This document shows, piece by piece, positions 21,401 to 29,912 of a stretch of DNA of 64,000 bases. A program made the position numbers and the translations under genes. How positions within the stretch are numbered: the stretch's first letter is position 1; every line of letters starts with the position of its first letter. This DNA comes from a virus, in the IMG/VR virus record IMGVR_UViG_3300050821_014313, positions 4,677 to 68,676 of that record; one strand, given 5' to 3'. The notes under the pieces are model-generated. The model was not told the DNA's origin. It saw only the letters and a list, made by a program, of their open reading frames with translations, and made no database searches.

Positions 21401-21823
21401 ACGCTCGCGACTGCTACCTGTACCGGCTCGACTGCGGTCCCGGGCATGGCGTGGCCAATGCTAGCGAACAAAAACTACCGCCTGAGCTGCGATCTTCCTC
21501 TTGTGCTTACTGGCGCTGCGACTGCCGCGGTCTGTCTAAACGGTCCCGCCGGTCCGATCTCGTACAACCTCGATCTCTTCGGTGCGCTCGGGGCGGCCGG
21601 CGCTTGGCAGGAAAACTCGTTGTTCAACCAAACATCGTACTTAGTGCACACTCCTGCGTCGGCTGCGTTCGCTGGCACACAAATGTCGCACGTCGCGGCT
21701 GAGATTCAAAACGGCTCAACCGCGTCGAGCACGAACCTAACCCTGCAAATCTCGAACGTCGCAGCGTCCGGAACGGTTCAGGTCGGCGCGAACGCCGCTT
21801 GCACCTTCCAACAGATGAACTAG
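18431..21823 (+). CDS. large Cys-rich tail fibre/adhesin with signal peptide
   Basis: 1130 aa, Thr/Gly/Ser-rich; leader MIKNLIRIALLLSILPIFSVFSSAQA; fibre motifs GGGTVTGVTCGAGLSGG and PGAIGSGTPSTGTFTTL. Confidence 0.7.
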   Translation: MIKNLIRIALLLSILPIFSVFSSAQANYNFNVGGLGFNSGPAVPASCAQDGYKFWLNTGSIAWYTCKAGTYVVDGSGTGGGTVTGVTCGAGLSGGTFTTSGTCAIATGGVTFAMLAAATNFVTIAGTSVSLGTATSSLPSPGAIGSGTPSTGTFTTLQANTQINAGTAGVLAPIIFGNATSGLITLQPGPGAITSYTLDLPIAQPTVGNTFLSCTAANPSVCTFTAGGALPAGSAPQILINQGGTTYTPNSVSGDSTLASNGAMANIGLTFSGAVDIPLGAAPGTGNCLGYNGTNIIGLTCGGSGSLPTGIQGADALNLSGSSTYFASSSARIDATSFCATVNGASTFANGYCTAGVDMWQAITAAIAASTTSTRSVLIDARGFYGTHVIPASSLTQALLGNLSGPNSPGGEIWLGNVRMYIDGPVLSKTSTTSFSFNDGTGNNGTYPGTPALLLPERVALVGIGFRPLGGTGAVFDICTGAGTPNGSCTKPFPQRSWPINSTSCTNHVCTILIDVTAGNAFGCGGTAASCDPTAITSISPDDQSDAMPVWITNTGSGLCTPLSCKMYAGGVTSTVARVGNQATIVVTAAVPDIIPDSAMTCASSCGTLNAPTPMIGLANGDISSGTCQAFPTLGNGGTSPCAYTDLSHGTGANKVCYGCYLRQIGLQGESYEGSIGFEDKNGQERSGADHVGFANLAWAYIIRSVHAQNGGPWADFEMDAGSVWTDCEGHGMGWIQAGASIRGIWHATYNIGGGCNNGVVGYVVDGGRENLDTLYTAGSQVGILLGSQSATSGLNILNGGCGATGQNLQCRQNGIEFSNLEGGVTDTTVLGYTMIEQAQFTPANTLATVTFAANTVTLTCVNTDGHCTGGTNFPAAYTLGSFINVTACTNPSNNTLPGIATWITAGGAGSTTLSYTNTAGVTGGTCTVNPATWVTALLNNGSGHSTGADNQIGLYTYDKNGNIIREISTSTNFPSTDGSAYNLMIAAGTTLATATCTGSTAVPGMAWPMLANKNYRLSCDLPLVLTGAATAAVCLNGPAGPISYNLDLFGALGAAGAWQENSLFNQTSYLVHTPASAAFAGTQMSHVAAEIQNGSTASSTNLTLQISNVAASGTVQVGANAACTFQQMN

Positions 21824-21835
21824 GAGGAAGAATCT

Positions 21836-22144
21836 ATGCGCAAGATCTTGGTTGCGTTAACAATCCTATACGCAATATCGATGTCTGCGACGCAGAACGT
21901 CGCGTTCAGCTGGACGCTGAGCGTTACTCCTGGCGTAACTGGACAACGCATGTATTGCGGTTCGGTCTCGGGAGGTCCGTATACGCAAAAATGGCCAGCG
22001 GTCGGCACCTGGGCGAACTCAACCGTTCGCACACATACAATCGGGTTTGGTATGATCGAGACGCACTACTGCGTGTTTACGACACTCGGTCCAACAGGTG
22101 AGTCTGGGCCGTCGAACGAAGTAGTATTTACAACCGTTTCTTAG
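21836..22144 (+). CDS. secreted single FN3-domain protein
   Basis: AGGAGG RBS; signal peptide; FSWT...GQRMY...GGPY...GESGPSNEV. Confidence 0.7.
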   Translation: MRKILVALTILYAISMSATQNVAFSWTLSVTPGVTGQRMYCGSVSGGPYTQKWPAVGTWANSTVRTHTIGFGMIETHYCVFTTLGPTGESGPSNEVVFTTVS

Positions 22145-22153
22145 GAGGATTTT

Positions 22154-22525
22154 ATGAAAAAGATTCTTGCGGTTCTCGCTTTGCTTGTGTTCGCTGCTAC
22201 GCTCTACGCGATTGGTCCTGCGTTTCCGTATTCGGTCGCGCTCGGCTGGACCGACAGCACAACGCCAAACACTACTGGACAGAACGTTTATCGTGCGCCG
22301 TACGCGAGCGGTAGCTGTGGCACGTATGCCGTCCTTACTGCCGGCGCAAACATCGCACCAACCCTGACTACCTTTACCGATACTACGGTTGTTCCTGGCG
22401 CAAGTTATTGCTATGCGACTTCGGCGCTCGAAGGCACAGCTGAGTCGGCTCTCGCGATCAGCTCGTCCAACCCCGTGCTCATCCCTCCCGCGCCTCAAAC
22501 CGGCGTGACGGCCGTGGTGCAGTAA
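22154..22525 (+). CDS. secreted single FN3-domain protein
   Basis: AGGAGG RBS; signal peptide; LGWTDS...GQNVYR...FTDTTV...YCYATSA...ES. Confidence 0.75.
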   Translation: MKKILAVLALLVFAATLYAIGPAFPYSVALGWTDSTTPNTTGQNVYRAPYASGSCGTYAVLTAGANIAPTLTTFTDTTVVPGASYCYATSALEGTAESALAISSSNPVLIPPAPQTGVTAVVQ

Positions 22526-22528
22526 GCC

Positions 22529-23050
22529 GTGGCAGACTTTGCCTATGCTATTGCGAAGGTTCTAGCGAACGAAGGAGCTTACGAGGCTCCTTCGCCGCTG
22601 GATCCTGGCGGCGAGACATATTGCGGGGTGAGTAGAAGGTTTTGGCCGAACTGGCCAGGGTGGGCGATAATCGACACTTACAAGGGCCAGGAAAGCTTTC
22701 CAAAGAATCTTGCTGCTGCTCCGGGCTTAGACGACATGGTCAAGTCGTTCTATCTAAAGAACTTCTGGCACTTCGACGGGATAGTTGACCGTGACGTTGC
22801 GGAAAAACTCCTGGACCTCTGGGTCAACCTGCCTCCCGATCGCGCCGCCAAGGTCATCCAGGCAGCGGCACGAGGGCTTGGAGAGCAGGTTGTCCTAGAC
22901 GGCAGCTATGGACCGGCTACAGAAACTGCTCTGAATCGCTGCTCCCCCACGACGTTGCTTCTCGAGCTCCGGGCTCAGCAGGCGTATCATTATGCGACAA
23001 CGGCAAAGCCCCAACTTCTCCTCGGTCTACTGCGGCGCGCAGTGAAGTAA
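22529..23050 (+). CDS. endolysin, glycoside hydrolase family 108 with peptidoglycan-binding C-terminus
   Basis: VLANEGAY...DPGGETYCGVS catalytic motif; DGSYGPATETALN. Confidence 0.85.
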   Translation: MADFAYAIAKVLANEGAYEAPSPLDPGGETYCGVSRRFWPNWPGWAIIDTYKGQESFPKNLAAAPGLDDMVKSFYLKNFWHFDGIVDRDVAEKLLDLWVNLPPDRAAKVIQAAARGLGEQVVLDGSYGPATETALNRCSPTTLLLELRAQQAYHYATTAKPQLLLGLLRRAVK

Positions 23051-23474
23051 GTCCTTGAGTAACCTCTTTCTCCGTCGATAGTCCTGTGTGCTTCAACCAC
23101 TCATACAAGTATCCACGGAGGTTAAAGATCGCCCCGTTGATCGAATCCTCCATCGAGACTTGGTTACCTTTTTCGTCGAACGCTTTGTAGCCGCGATGGA
23201 TCTTCCAGGCGTGCACGAAGTGGCGGAACGCGCTCTTCATGTAGACGATCCTCGGGATCCCCTTTTGCCAGTTATCGCTGTCGCGCAAGGATCCATCCTG
23301 CATTGTCCGGTGCTTGTGCAAGTACTTCGCAAAGCTATCAAACGTTAGGGGCTCGTAAAACCCCTCGTAGTCAAGCTTGCCTGCGTCGGTGTCGCGCTTG
23401 GCTCCGGTCTCGAAGACTCGAGTCGGAACAGGATCAGTTACGATTTCTCTAAGTATTCTCGCCATATTTTTCAT
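22917..23474 (-). CDS. dATP/dGTP diphosphohydrolase-like protein (DUF5664)
   Basis: FETGAKRD..GKLDY, NWQKGIP, SAFRH, AIFN motifs. Confidence 0.75.
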   Translation of the reverse strand: MKNMARILREIVTDPVPTRVFETGAKRDTDAGKLDYEGFYEPLTFDSFAKYLHKHRTMQDGSLRDSDNWQKGIPRIVYMKSAFRHFVHAWKIHRGYKAFDEKGNQVSMEDSINGAIFNLRGYLYEWLKHTGLSTEKEVTQGLTSLRAAVDRGEVGALPLSHNDTPAEPGAREATSWGSSDSEQFL

Positions 23475-23721
23475 TCTCCCTCTCGCTTAAGTTGTAAACC
23501 TGGGTCTCGCTTAGGCCGGCGAGCTCGCCCAACCTAAGCAACTGCGTGCATTGCAAACACGCGCGTCTTGTGCGCTTACGGCTACAGCTGGTCAACCACC
23601 GCTGTGCATGCAGTTGCAGTATCCGCGATTGCTGAATTTTTCCGCTCGCTTCGTCCTGCGCCCGCTCGATTAACTTTAACCAAAACCCGCGGTCGTACCG
23701 ACCGTCGTCAGTCTCCGGCAC
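23449..23721 (-). CDS. hypothetical protein
   Basis: AGGAG RBS with GTG start; lies in frame with the operon order. Confidence 0.5.
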   Translation of the reverse strand: MPETDDGRYDRGFWLKLIERAQDEASGKIQQSRILQLHAQRWLTSCSRKRTRRACLQCTQLLRLGELAGLSETQVYNLSERENEKYGENT

Positions 23722-23731
23722 GAGGACGCTC

Positions 23732-24136
23732 CTAGGCGATGCTTATCAGATACTTCTTGGCTTCTTCCCACGTATCAAACTGCGCGACAAACGGGAGCGA
23801 GTGAAAGATGTTCTCGCGCGGACCGACAATAGTTATTGGCTTTCCTAGTCCTTCCGCGTACCCTGTTTCCCAATGCCGCCCGCCTCGCCGATGACACGGT
23901 CCGTTGTTCGGGTCAACCGTAAATAACACGAAGACAGTACACGCCTGAATGTCCTCTTTGTCCATCTGCGCGGTCGCGCGAAGAAAGCTCTCGTCGAAGT
24001 CGCCTAGTTTGCTGTTTGGCGGCGCAGTCTCTTCGAGCCATCGGCTTGTTACTGCGATTCCTGCTGCGCGCAGTTCTTCGGCTTGCTTATTCCGCTCGTC
24101 CTTGCTACTGAACCAAGAAGCTAAATAAACCTTCAT
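23732..24136 (-). CDS. nucleoside 2-deoxyribosyltransferase / N-glycosidase-like protein
   Basis: MKVYLAS..F, D..DI..C, GGRHWETGYA..LGKP motifs. Confidence 0.75.
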   Translation of the reverse strand: MKVYLASWFSSKDERNKQAEELRAAGIAVTSRWLEETAPPNSKLGDFDESFLRATAQMDKEDIQACTVFVLFTVDPNNGPCHRRGGRHWETGYAEGLGKPITIVGPRENIFHSLPFVAQFDTWEEAKKYLISIA

Positions 24137-24144
24137 CTATCCTC

Positions 24145-24759
24145 CTAAACCTCGGCGATCTTGAATCCGTTCGGAAAACTCTTGTTGAACTCTACCTTCC
24201 AAATCGATGCGTTCGGGAACTCGTCCTTATCCACGGGAATCGGCTTAGCTTTGTCGCCCAACGCATGCTTCAACGCGAGCAAGTTCCGGCTGTGCGTGGA
24301 CGCGATCAATGCTTTGTCTGGGTTCGCTTCGACGTACGCTCGCATTTTTGCGACCGTCGGATAAAACCTGCCCTCCGTATAATCGTTGAAGCTTTCGCCT
24401 CCCGGCGTTGGTCTGTCTGGGTTGTCTTGGAACTGCTGCAGCTTTGCTTGATTCTCTTTGTCGTTTGGTTTGCCCGCGATCTCTCCGTAGTTCCATGGCA
24501 GCAACCCATGTGTGGTTGTGATTGCTGCGCCGGTCGCCCTGGCAAGTATCGTCGCGTTCTGCGTAGCTCGCTGCAGCGGCGACGTATAGATATGTGCGAT
24601 CGGCTGTCCCTTGAGCTTCTTCGCTTCTTCTTCTCCCTGCTTGAGCCCTTTGGGATCGAGTTTCTGATCCTGCCACCCAGGCAGAATATTCTCCTTGTTG
24701 TCAACGATCTCAGGATGCCTTACGAAGAATATCGTTGGATTGCTTAGCGTCTTCTGCAT
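24145..24759 (-). CDS. histidine phosphatase (phosphoglycerate mutase superfamily)
   Basis: FFVRHPE (RHG variant), YTSPLQRATQ, GGESF, STHS, NASI motifs. Confidence 0.85.
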   Translation of the reverse strand: MQKTLSNPTIFFVRHPEIVDNKENILPGWQDQKLDPKGLKQGEEEAKKLKGQPIAHIYTSPLQRATQNATILARATGAAITTTHGLLPWNYGEIAGKPNDKENQAKLQQFQDNPDRPTPGGESFNDYTEGRFYPTVAKMRAYVEANPDKALIASTHSRNLLALKHALGDKAKPIPVDKDEFPNASIWKVEFNKSFPNGFKIAEV

Positions 24760-24932
24760 TAGCTTAGCCTCTCCCAATGCGGCTCAGGCTCGTACCAGAA
24801 CCTCTCGAACCGGCTGCAGTTCGTGCAGTACCGCTCAGCCTTATGCTCGTCTCTAGCCCCAGGCTTGTGGTCGGGGTTCCCGCGGTACAGCCAGCTATGC
24901 AGTCCGAAGAAACACTTGACGTTGTCGATCAC
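24759..24932 (-). CDS. 57-aa Zn-binding peptide (C..GLH.W...C..C)
   Basis: Read by hand; GTGA and TAATG overlaps with both neighbours. Confidence 0.55.
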   Translation of the reverse strand: MIDNVKCFFGLHSWLYRGNPDHKPGARDEHKAERYCTNCSRFERFWYEPEPHWERLS

Positions 24933-25801
24933 AGCCGGCGACCTCTCGCGTGCAAGCTTACATCGATTCGACCGTCAGGCTGTAACGTAACCGCAGTCAG
25001 TCCTCGATTCCCCGGAGCCATACGTTTCTTCGCTGCGTACCCACCAAAGTACTTCACGTAGCTCGGCGAGATGATCACGACGGCATTCCTCTCGAACGCT
25101 AGTCCCGTCGCCTGATCGTGATCGATCTGATAAACCACGTCGGCCATCGGCTGATGCAAGTGTCCAGTCCAGAAAATATCGAAGTGCGCCCACGGCATAT
25201 CCTTCCTCGCGGCGTTTCGCTGCGCGCCTGGAGTCTGCGCCGCCCCGGACCCATGATGTGCGAGTAACCTAAAGTTCTGTCCTCGCCAGCGAATCGTTAC
25301 GAATGCGTAGTCAGGGTAGTACGGAACTCGAAGAAATTCTGCCAGCGTCTGCGCTCCGTCCATCCCGCTTACGTTGAACGTCCGGTCCTCGTGGTTGCCC
25401 GGGATCGCAAAAAGCATCTTATGCTGAATATCTGCTAAGTCTGTTGCCGCTGCGTACAACTGCTCGTTCGGAGTGCCTTTCTGAACCATCACGCTCGCCC
25501 CAGGACTGCTTGGGTTGGCGTTCTCCACCATATCGCCGCCGTTAAACCACAACACGTTCGGTTTCTTTTTTATCCATTCGTGATGCTTGTCGAAGAGTTC
25601 GCTGTCGTGCTCGCCCGAGCCCTTGTGCACATCGTACAGCGGCGCGAGCTCTATGCTATCCCACTCATCAGGAGCCGTCACGATCAGCTCGGGAAAATCG
25701 CTGTTGATTACCGGTTGGAGCTTCGCGATCCGCGGCGCAAACTGTTCCTGCAATCGTTGGATCTTGGACTTGAATTCCTCACTAATAAACGCTTGACGCA
25801 T
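24929..25801 (-). CDS. calcineurin-like metallophosphoesterase
   Basis: DVH, GDMVE, GNHE, HHG, GHLH motifs. Confidence 0.85.
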   Translation of the reverse strand: MRQAFISEEFKSKIQRLQEQFAPRIAKLQPVINSDFPELIVTAPDEWDSIELAPLYDVHKGSGEHDSELFDKHHEWIKKKPNVLWFNGGDMVENANPSSPGASVMVQKGTPNEQLYAAATDLADIQHKMLFAIPGNHEDRTFNVSGMDGAQTLAEFLRVPYYPDYAFVTIRWRGQNFRLLAHHGSGAAQTPGAQRNAARKDMPWAHFDIFWTGHLHQPMADVVYQIDHDQATGLAFERNAVVIISPSYVKYFGGYAAKKRMAPGNRGLTAVTLQPDGRIDVSLHARGRRL

Positions 25802-26052
25802 TAGCTTGCTCCTGTGATTCGTCTGACCCACGCTCTAGGAAACCACCGAAACGACTTCTCTAACCGCTGCAGTTCACGCCTTCGGTCGCTCGACCTGTAT
25901 CTTGCGTACGCAGGATTCTTCGAGCTCTTGCAACTCCCGCACCGACGTTGACGCGAGCTTACGTACCCACTGCGATTGCATCGACGGCCAGGGTGAAACT
26001 TGCAAGCGATGAACTCTCGGTCCCATTTTTCGCCTCGTTCTTCCTTCGTCAT
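25801..26052 (-). CDS. basic Cys-containing hypothetical protein
   Basis: TATAAT lies 9 nt upstream of the ATG; TAATG overlap with the phosphoesterase gene. Confidence 0.5.
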   Translation of the reverse strand: MTKEERGEKWDREFIACKFHPGRRCNRSGYVSSRQRRCGSCKSSKNPAYARYRSSDRRRELQRLEKSFRWFPRAWVRRITGAS

Positions 26053-26217
26053 GGAAGCCTAATTATACGAGACTGCAGCTGCTTCTGTCTAACTTTTCGT
26101 CGTTCCTGAATCTCTTCCGGCAGCAGCGCAGAGTCGTCTACATCCCGATGGTACTGATCGTGCAACACCGCAAAAACATCGCGAATCGGGGAGTTCATAA
26201 GGAAGGTTACCTCTTCC

Positions 26218-26592
26218 CTATTTTACTAGCCCTGCCTCGTCCCGCGATCCTGCTGAATCGATTACATCTAGAATAGTTCGCATCGCCATGGCAGCTAGCT
26301 GTATGAGCTCGACTCGGGCGGCCGGCCGCCGGTCCCTACCCTTCGTTAGATTGTGCGCGTAGACTTCGTCCTTGAACTCGTCGAACTCTTCTTGCACGAT
26401 TCCTAGAGCCTCGTGCAACGAGTGATGCGGAGGGAACAACTGCCGCGCTCTTGCTACCTCGTTCGCAATCTCGTACGCAAGATCGAGCGTCTTTGTGTTG
26501 TCTCCAGGCACTACGCTCTCGACCTCGTTACTTGCGTCCTCGAGATTTCCCCGACCGACCTTGACTGACATGTAATCTTCGCTGTGCATCAT
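26218..26592 (-). CDS. MazG-like all-alpha NTP pyrophosphohydrolase
   Basis: HEALGIVQEEFDEFKDEV...ELIQLAAMAMR; start codon uncertain. Confidence 0.65.
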   Translation of the reverse strand: MMHSEDYMSVKVGRGNLEDASNEVESVVPGDNTKTLDLAYEIANEVARARQLFPPHHSLHEALGIVQEEFDEFKDEVYAHNLTKGRDRRPAARVELIQLAAMAMRTILDVIDSAGSRDEAGLVK

Positions 26593-26788
26593 CCGCTTCT
26601 CTCCTCTGCTTAATTATTGCTTCAATCTGATCTGTTACGTCAAACTTTTCGCCCGTAACTTCGACTAGATACCTCTCTGGCTGGTCAGGAGACTGCTCTG
26701 TTGCCTTCCACGCGCGTGTCACGTAGTACCGCGGAGAACTAGTCAAGTTACTCGTGAGAATCAGTGGATGCTTGCGTTTGCGCGTCAT
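26528..26788 (-). CDS. hypothetical protein
   Basis: AAGGAG RBS; ATGA overlap with the polymerase stop. Confidence 0.6.
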   Translation of the reverse strand: MTRKRKHPLILTSNLTSSPRYYVTRAWKATEQSPDQPERYLVEVTGEKFDVTDQIEAIIKQRREADDAQRRLHVSQGRSGKSRGRK

Positions 26789-28836
26789 GCTTTTTGCTCC
26801 TTTGTCTGGTCCCGCCAGTTCGGCCCGTAGCTACCTTCGGTCGGAATCACGAACCCAGGCATCTCGGGGGTCTCGACCTCCATATCGCCTTTCAACCACC
26901 CCATAGCTTCGGCCGGCGGAATCTCATTCCTCGTATAGCCAATCAACTCATCGTGTACCTGTAGCACCGGTCGCTGCGGTCGACCTTTCTTAAACTTCCG
27001 CCAGTTATTAAGCAACGCGATCTTGCTTATGTGTGCGATCGGCTGAGAACCCCAGACAGCCAGACCAGTCTTTATCCTGTCCTCGTCAGTCCCGTAACTA
27101 ATTAAGTAGTACCCGTGCGGAGGTCTTACGTATCCTTGCTCGATCTGCGCAGCGATCTTCTTTTGTAACTCACGTATCTTAGGGAACGTTCCATCAATAT
27201 ATCTACTAACAATCGCATTCGCCTTAGCCCTGTTGTCAAGGCTAGCTTTTCCAAACGCTCGACGCGCGAGGTTAGTTCCTGTAATCGTAACGATCTTTCC
27301 TCGGAACTTCCAGTCGGCGAATACAATTCGAGCTCCTGCGTCGATCTCAGATCGAATTTTCTTGGACCGCAACTCATAAGGCTCCTTAAGCTGCAGACCC
27401 TCAAAGTAGTCCGCGGCGTGCGTAACCGACTTGCTCGCGTCTCGCGCCGAGCCCAGCTTGATACTAAACTCGTCCGTTTCCTTCAATCCGATGTTTGTGA
27501 CCATCCAGCCATGCAGATCTCCCTTTGGCTGCTCGTACCCTGAGAGATATAGAAAATTACGATTCTCTGCGTTGCTATAATCGGCTCGAACGATGTAAAA
27601 ACCTTCTGGTGCTGCGATTGCTCGACGAATCTTCTTACCGACAAATTCTCCACTGAAACCTCTGCATGCGCAACCAAGCACCAAGCATCGATCGGCTGCG
27701 TGCTCACCTTTGCTGTGCCCGCATCCGCAAACCTTACGACTACGTCTCCGCTTGGCGACGTTTTGGAAGTTTGGGTCGGAACACATAAGTCGCGCACTGC
27801 TAGTATAGTAAGCGAGGCGAGGATGGACGAAGCCAAAGCTATCCAGATAACCCTCGATGTAACCGGTTTTTTCGCTCCGGTACTGCTCTTTGAACCACCT
27901 GTCTGGGCCATTGCCAAGCTCCTTATAGTCAAGCAAATCGACTAACTCATCTGGTGCGAATTCCTCTCCCCCAAGCTTCTCGATCATCGCACGAATAGTT
28001 TCTTCTTGGGCGTTCTCGAGCAACAGCTGCCTATCGCCTGGACCAACCAGACGCTTGGCTCCTTTGTCGTTGAAGTACGCGAGCACTTGCTGCGTGCTCT
28101 TAGGATTAAACGGCAACTCGCTCCCGGCTTCTTCTTTCTCCGCGAGAAACTCTGCTCGCAGCTTCTCTACGTACGGCCGGTCAATAAACACTCCGTATTC
28201 CCTGATCTCGGCTAGCGCCAGAGCAAGTTCGCGATGCATCGGATAGAGTTTCTCCAGTCCGCGAAACGCCATTGTTCGCTTGAGCTGTGGCAACGCGACC
28301 ACAGGCGCTGCAGCATCAAGCCCGTTATAACCGTAAGGATCGTGCTGAGGACAAGGTCCGCTACAGTACGGCTCGCGACAGTCTTTCCAATGAGCAAAGT
28401 CAGTATACAGACTAGCCATAGTCCAGAGATTATTAAACCCCCGACCTCTTTTCTCACCAGCGTCCTCCTCGAGCGCGGCTTTGCCTCCGCCCTTGCTCAA
28501 ATGCATGTTCACCAGCCAGTGCCGTATTATAGAATCCTCGATTTGCTCCAGCGGGATCTTTATCCCGTCTTTCTCCAAGACTTGTAAGTCAGCTCCAACG
28601 AAATTGTGTCCGCACCAAACTGTTCTCGGATATCTTCGAATAATCTCGAGAAGACTCGCACGTCCTGCGGAGTACGGCACCGAAATATGAGTTGTGCCGT
28701 CACTGAGTCCAAGGATGGTTGGTTTTTGGTCGTTGTCAAATTCGAGGTCGAGACCGAGCGGAGATTTTCCATAAAGCTTCCTTATGTCGTCCGGATTACG
28801 AGAGACCTTAGGCCACTCGGGAAGAAACTTATACAC
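26785..28836 (-). CDS. family A DNA polymerase with 3'-5' exonuclease domain
   Basis: Exo motifs LDLEFD, GHNF..AD, YNGLD; pol motifs NFQN, ADYSNAENR, KSVTHAADY, LQVHDEL. Confidence 0.93.
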   Translation of the reverse strand: MYKFLPEWPKVSRNPDDIRKLYGKSPLGLDLEFDNDQKPTILGLSDGTTHISVPYSAGRASLLEIIRRYPRTVWCGHNFVGADLQVLEKDGIKIPLEQIEDSIIRHWLVNMHLSKGGGKAALEEDAGEKRGRGFNNLWTMASLYTDFAHWKDCREPYCSGPCPQHDPYGYNGLDAAAPVVALPQLKRTMAFRGLEKLYPMHRELALALAEIREYGVFIDRPYVEKLRAEFLAEKEEAGSELPFNPKSTQQVLAYFNDKGAKRLVGPGDRQLLLENAQEETIRAMIEKLGGEEFAPDELVDLLDYKELGNGPDRWFKEQYRSEKTGYIEGYLDSFGFVHPRLAYYTSSARLMCSDPNFQNVAKRRRSRKVCGCGHSKGEHAADRCLVLGCACRGFSGEFVGKKIRRAIAAPEGFYIVRADYSNAENRNFLYLSGYEQPKGDLHGWMVTNIGLKETDEFSIKLGSARDASKSVTHAADYFEGLQLKEPYELRSKKIRSEIDAGARIVFADWKFRGKIVTITGTNLARRAFGKASLDNRAKANAIVSRYIDGTFPKIRELQKKIAAQIEQGYVRPPHGYYLISYGTDEDRIKTGLAVWGSQPIAHISKIALLNNWRKFKKGRPQRPVLQVHDELIGYTRNEIPPAEAMGWLKGDMEVETPEMPGFVIPTEGSYGPNWRDQTKEQKA

Positions 28837-29450
28837 AAACTACCTCTCGTAAACTGGAATCGCACAGAAACTCAGAGTCGAGTACGCCGGCAACGGCCAC
28901 CCGTACCTAGTCGCATAAACCAACCACTCGCGATACTCTTCGCGATCTATCCACAACTTGGTCGGCCGGTAACCGTACCGCTGCTCGAACTCGTTCAACC
29001 ACTGAATCGCCTTGCTTGTGTCTCGCTTCATCGAAACAGCCTCAAGAAGCTACTCGTGTTCTCGAGTTGCTGCTTGATCGCCGGCGCATAAACCTCAAGC
29101 AACGCGCGATCCAACTCGACCCTCTGCTGCAGATCCAACCACTGCTGCCTGGGCATACGAGTAAGATACTGCGCGATCCTAGTTGTTGCGATCCGTTTAG
29201 TTCTCGGCCGGCTCGGTTTTCGTTTCTTCATGGCTTGTCCAGGGCTTGCGCATCTGTGAGGCGAACTGCGAAAGTATGTCAGGCAACGCAGTCTCGTCCG
29301 CGATGTTATGCACGACCGAAAGATGCTCAGGCTTACGCGCAACAATAACAACCACTGTCACGTCGTCGAACTTGTCAGCCGCTTGCATCAACGAGTCAAC
29401 GTACGATTGAATGCTTAAGTCGTCAGGCTTCTTTAGATCCGCGAGCTTCA

Positions 29451-29912
29451 TCAGAAATCTCCTTCGGCAACCTGCAGCGCTCTCACTCCGCGCGCCCGCC
29501 ACATATCGACTACGCTTCTGCGGTCCTCGAACGCTCCACCAACCACCGATACATGCGAAGGATCACCAGCGTCCGCGCGTTCTTTCAGCAACCGATCAAG
29601 CAACTCACTCTTTACGACTGTATCCGGTCGATGATCGCCTTCCTTGCGCATCAGCAAGTCGTTGAACGGCATGCGAAAGAGATTCATCCAGCGCTCGGTA
29701 ATCTCGCGAATCTCGTCGCTGCGTCCTGTAATCACGCTGATCCGGTGATGCTGCTTGTCGAGAGCCTGGGCGATCGCGATCATCGGATAGACCGGAGAAT
29801 CTGCTGCCGCGGCCTTGAAGAAGCTCGTCCAGTCAATCGGATGCGTCTGCAGATAATGCAGTCTGTGCGTTGCATCGCTGATCGTTCCATCGATGTCGAA
29901 AATATAAATCAT
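29451..29912 (-). CDS. HAD-family phosphatase (T4 Pnk 3'-phosphatase-like)
   Basis: IFDIDGT, ITGRS, MRKEGDHRPDTVVK, FEDRRSVVDMWR motifs. Confidence 0.88.
   Translation of the reverse strand: MIYIFDIDGTISDATHRLHYLQTHPIDWTSFFKAAAADSPVYPMIAIAQALDKQHHRISVITGRSDEIREITERWMNLFRMPFNDLLMRKEGDHRPDTVVKSELLDRLLKERADAGDPSHVSVVGGAFEDRRSVVDMWRARGVRALQVAEGDF

Noticed and set aside
22917-28836. 2-aminoadenine (Z-genome) system suggested by DUF5664, MazG and PolA
   Set aside because: No PurZ / adenylosuccinate-synthetase homologue is visible in the window.
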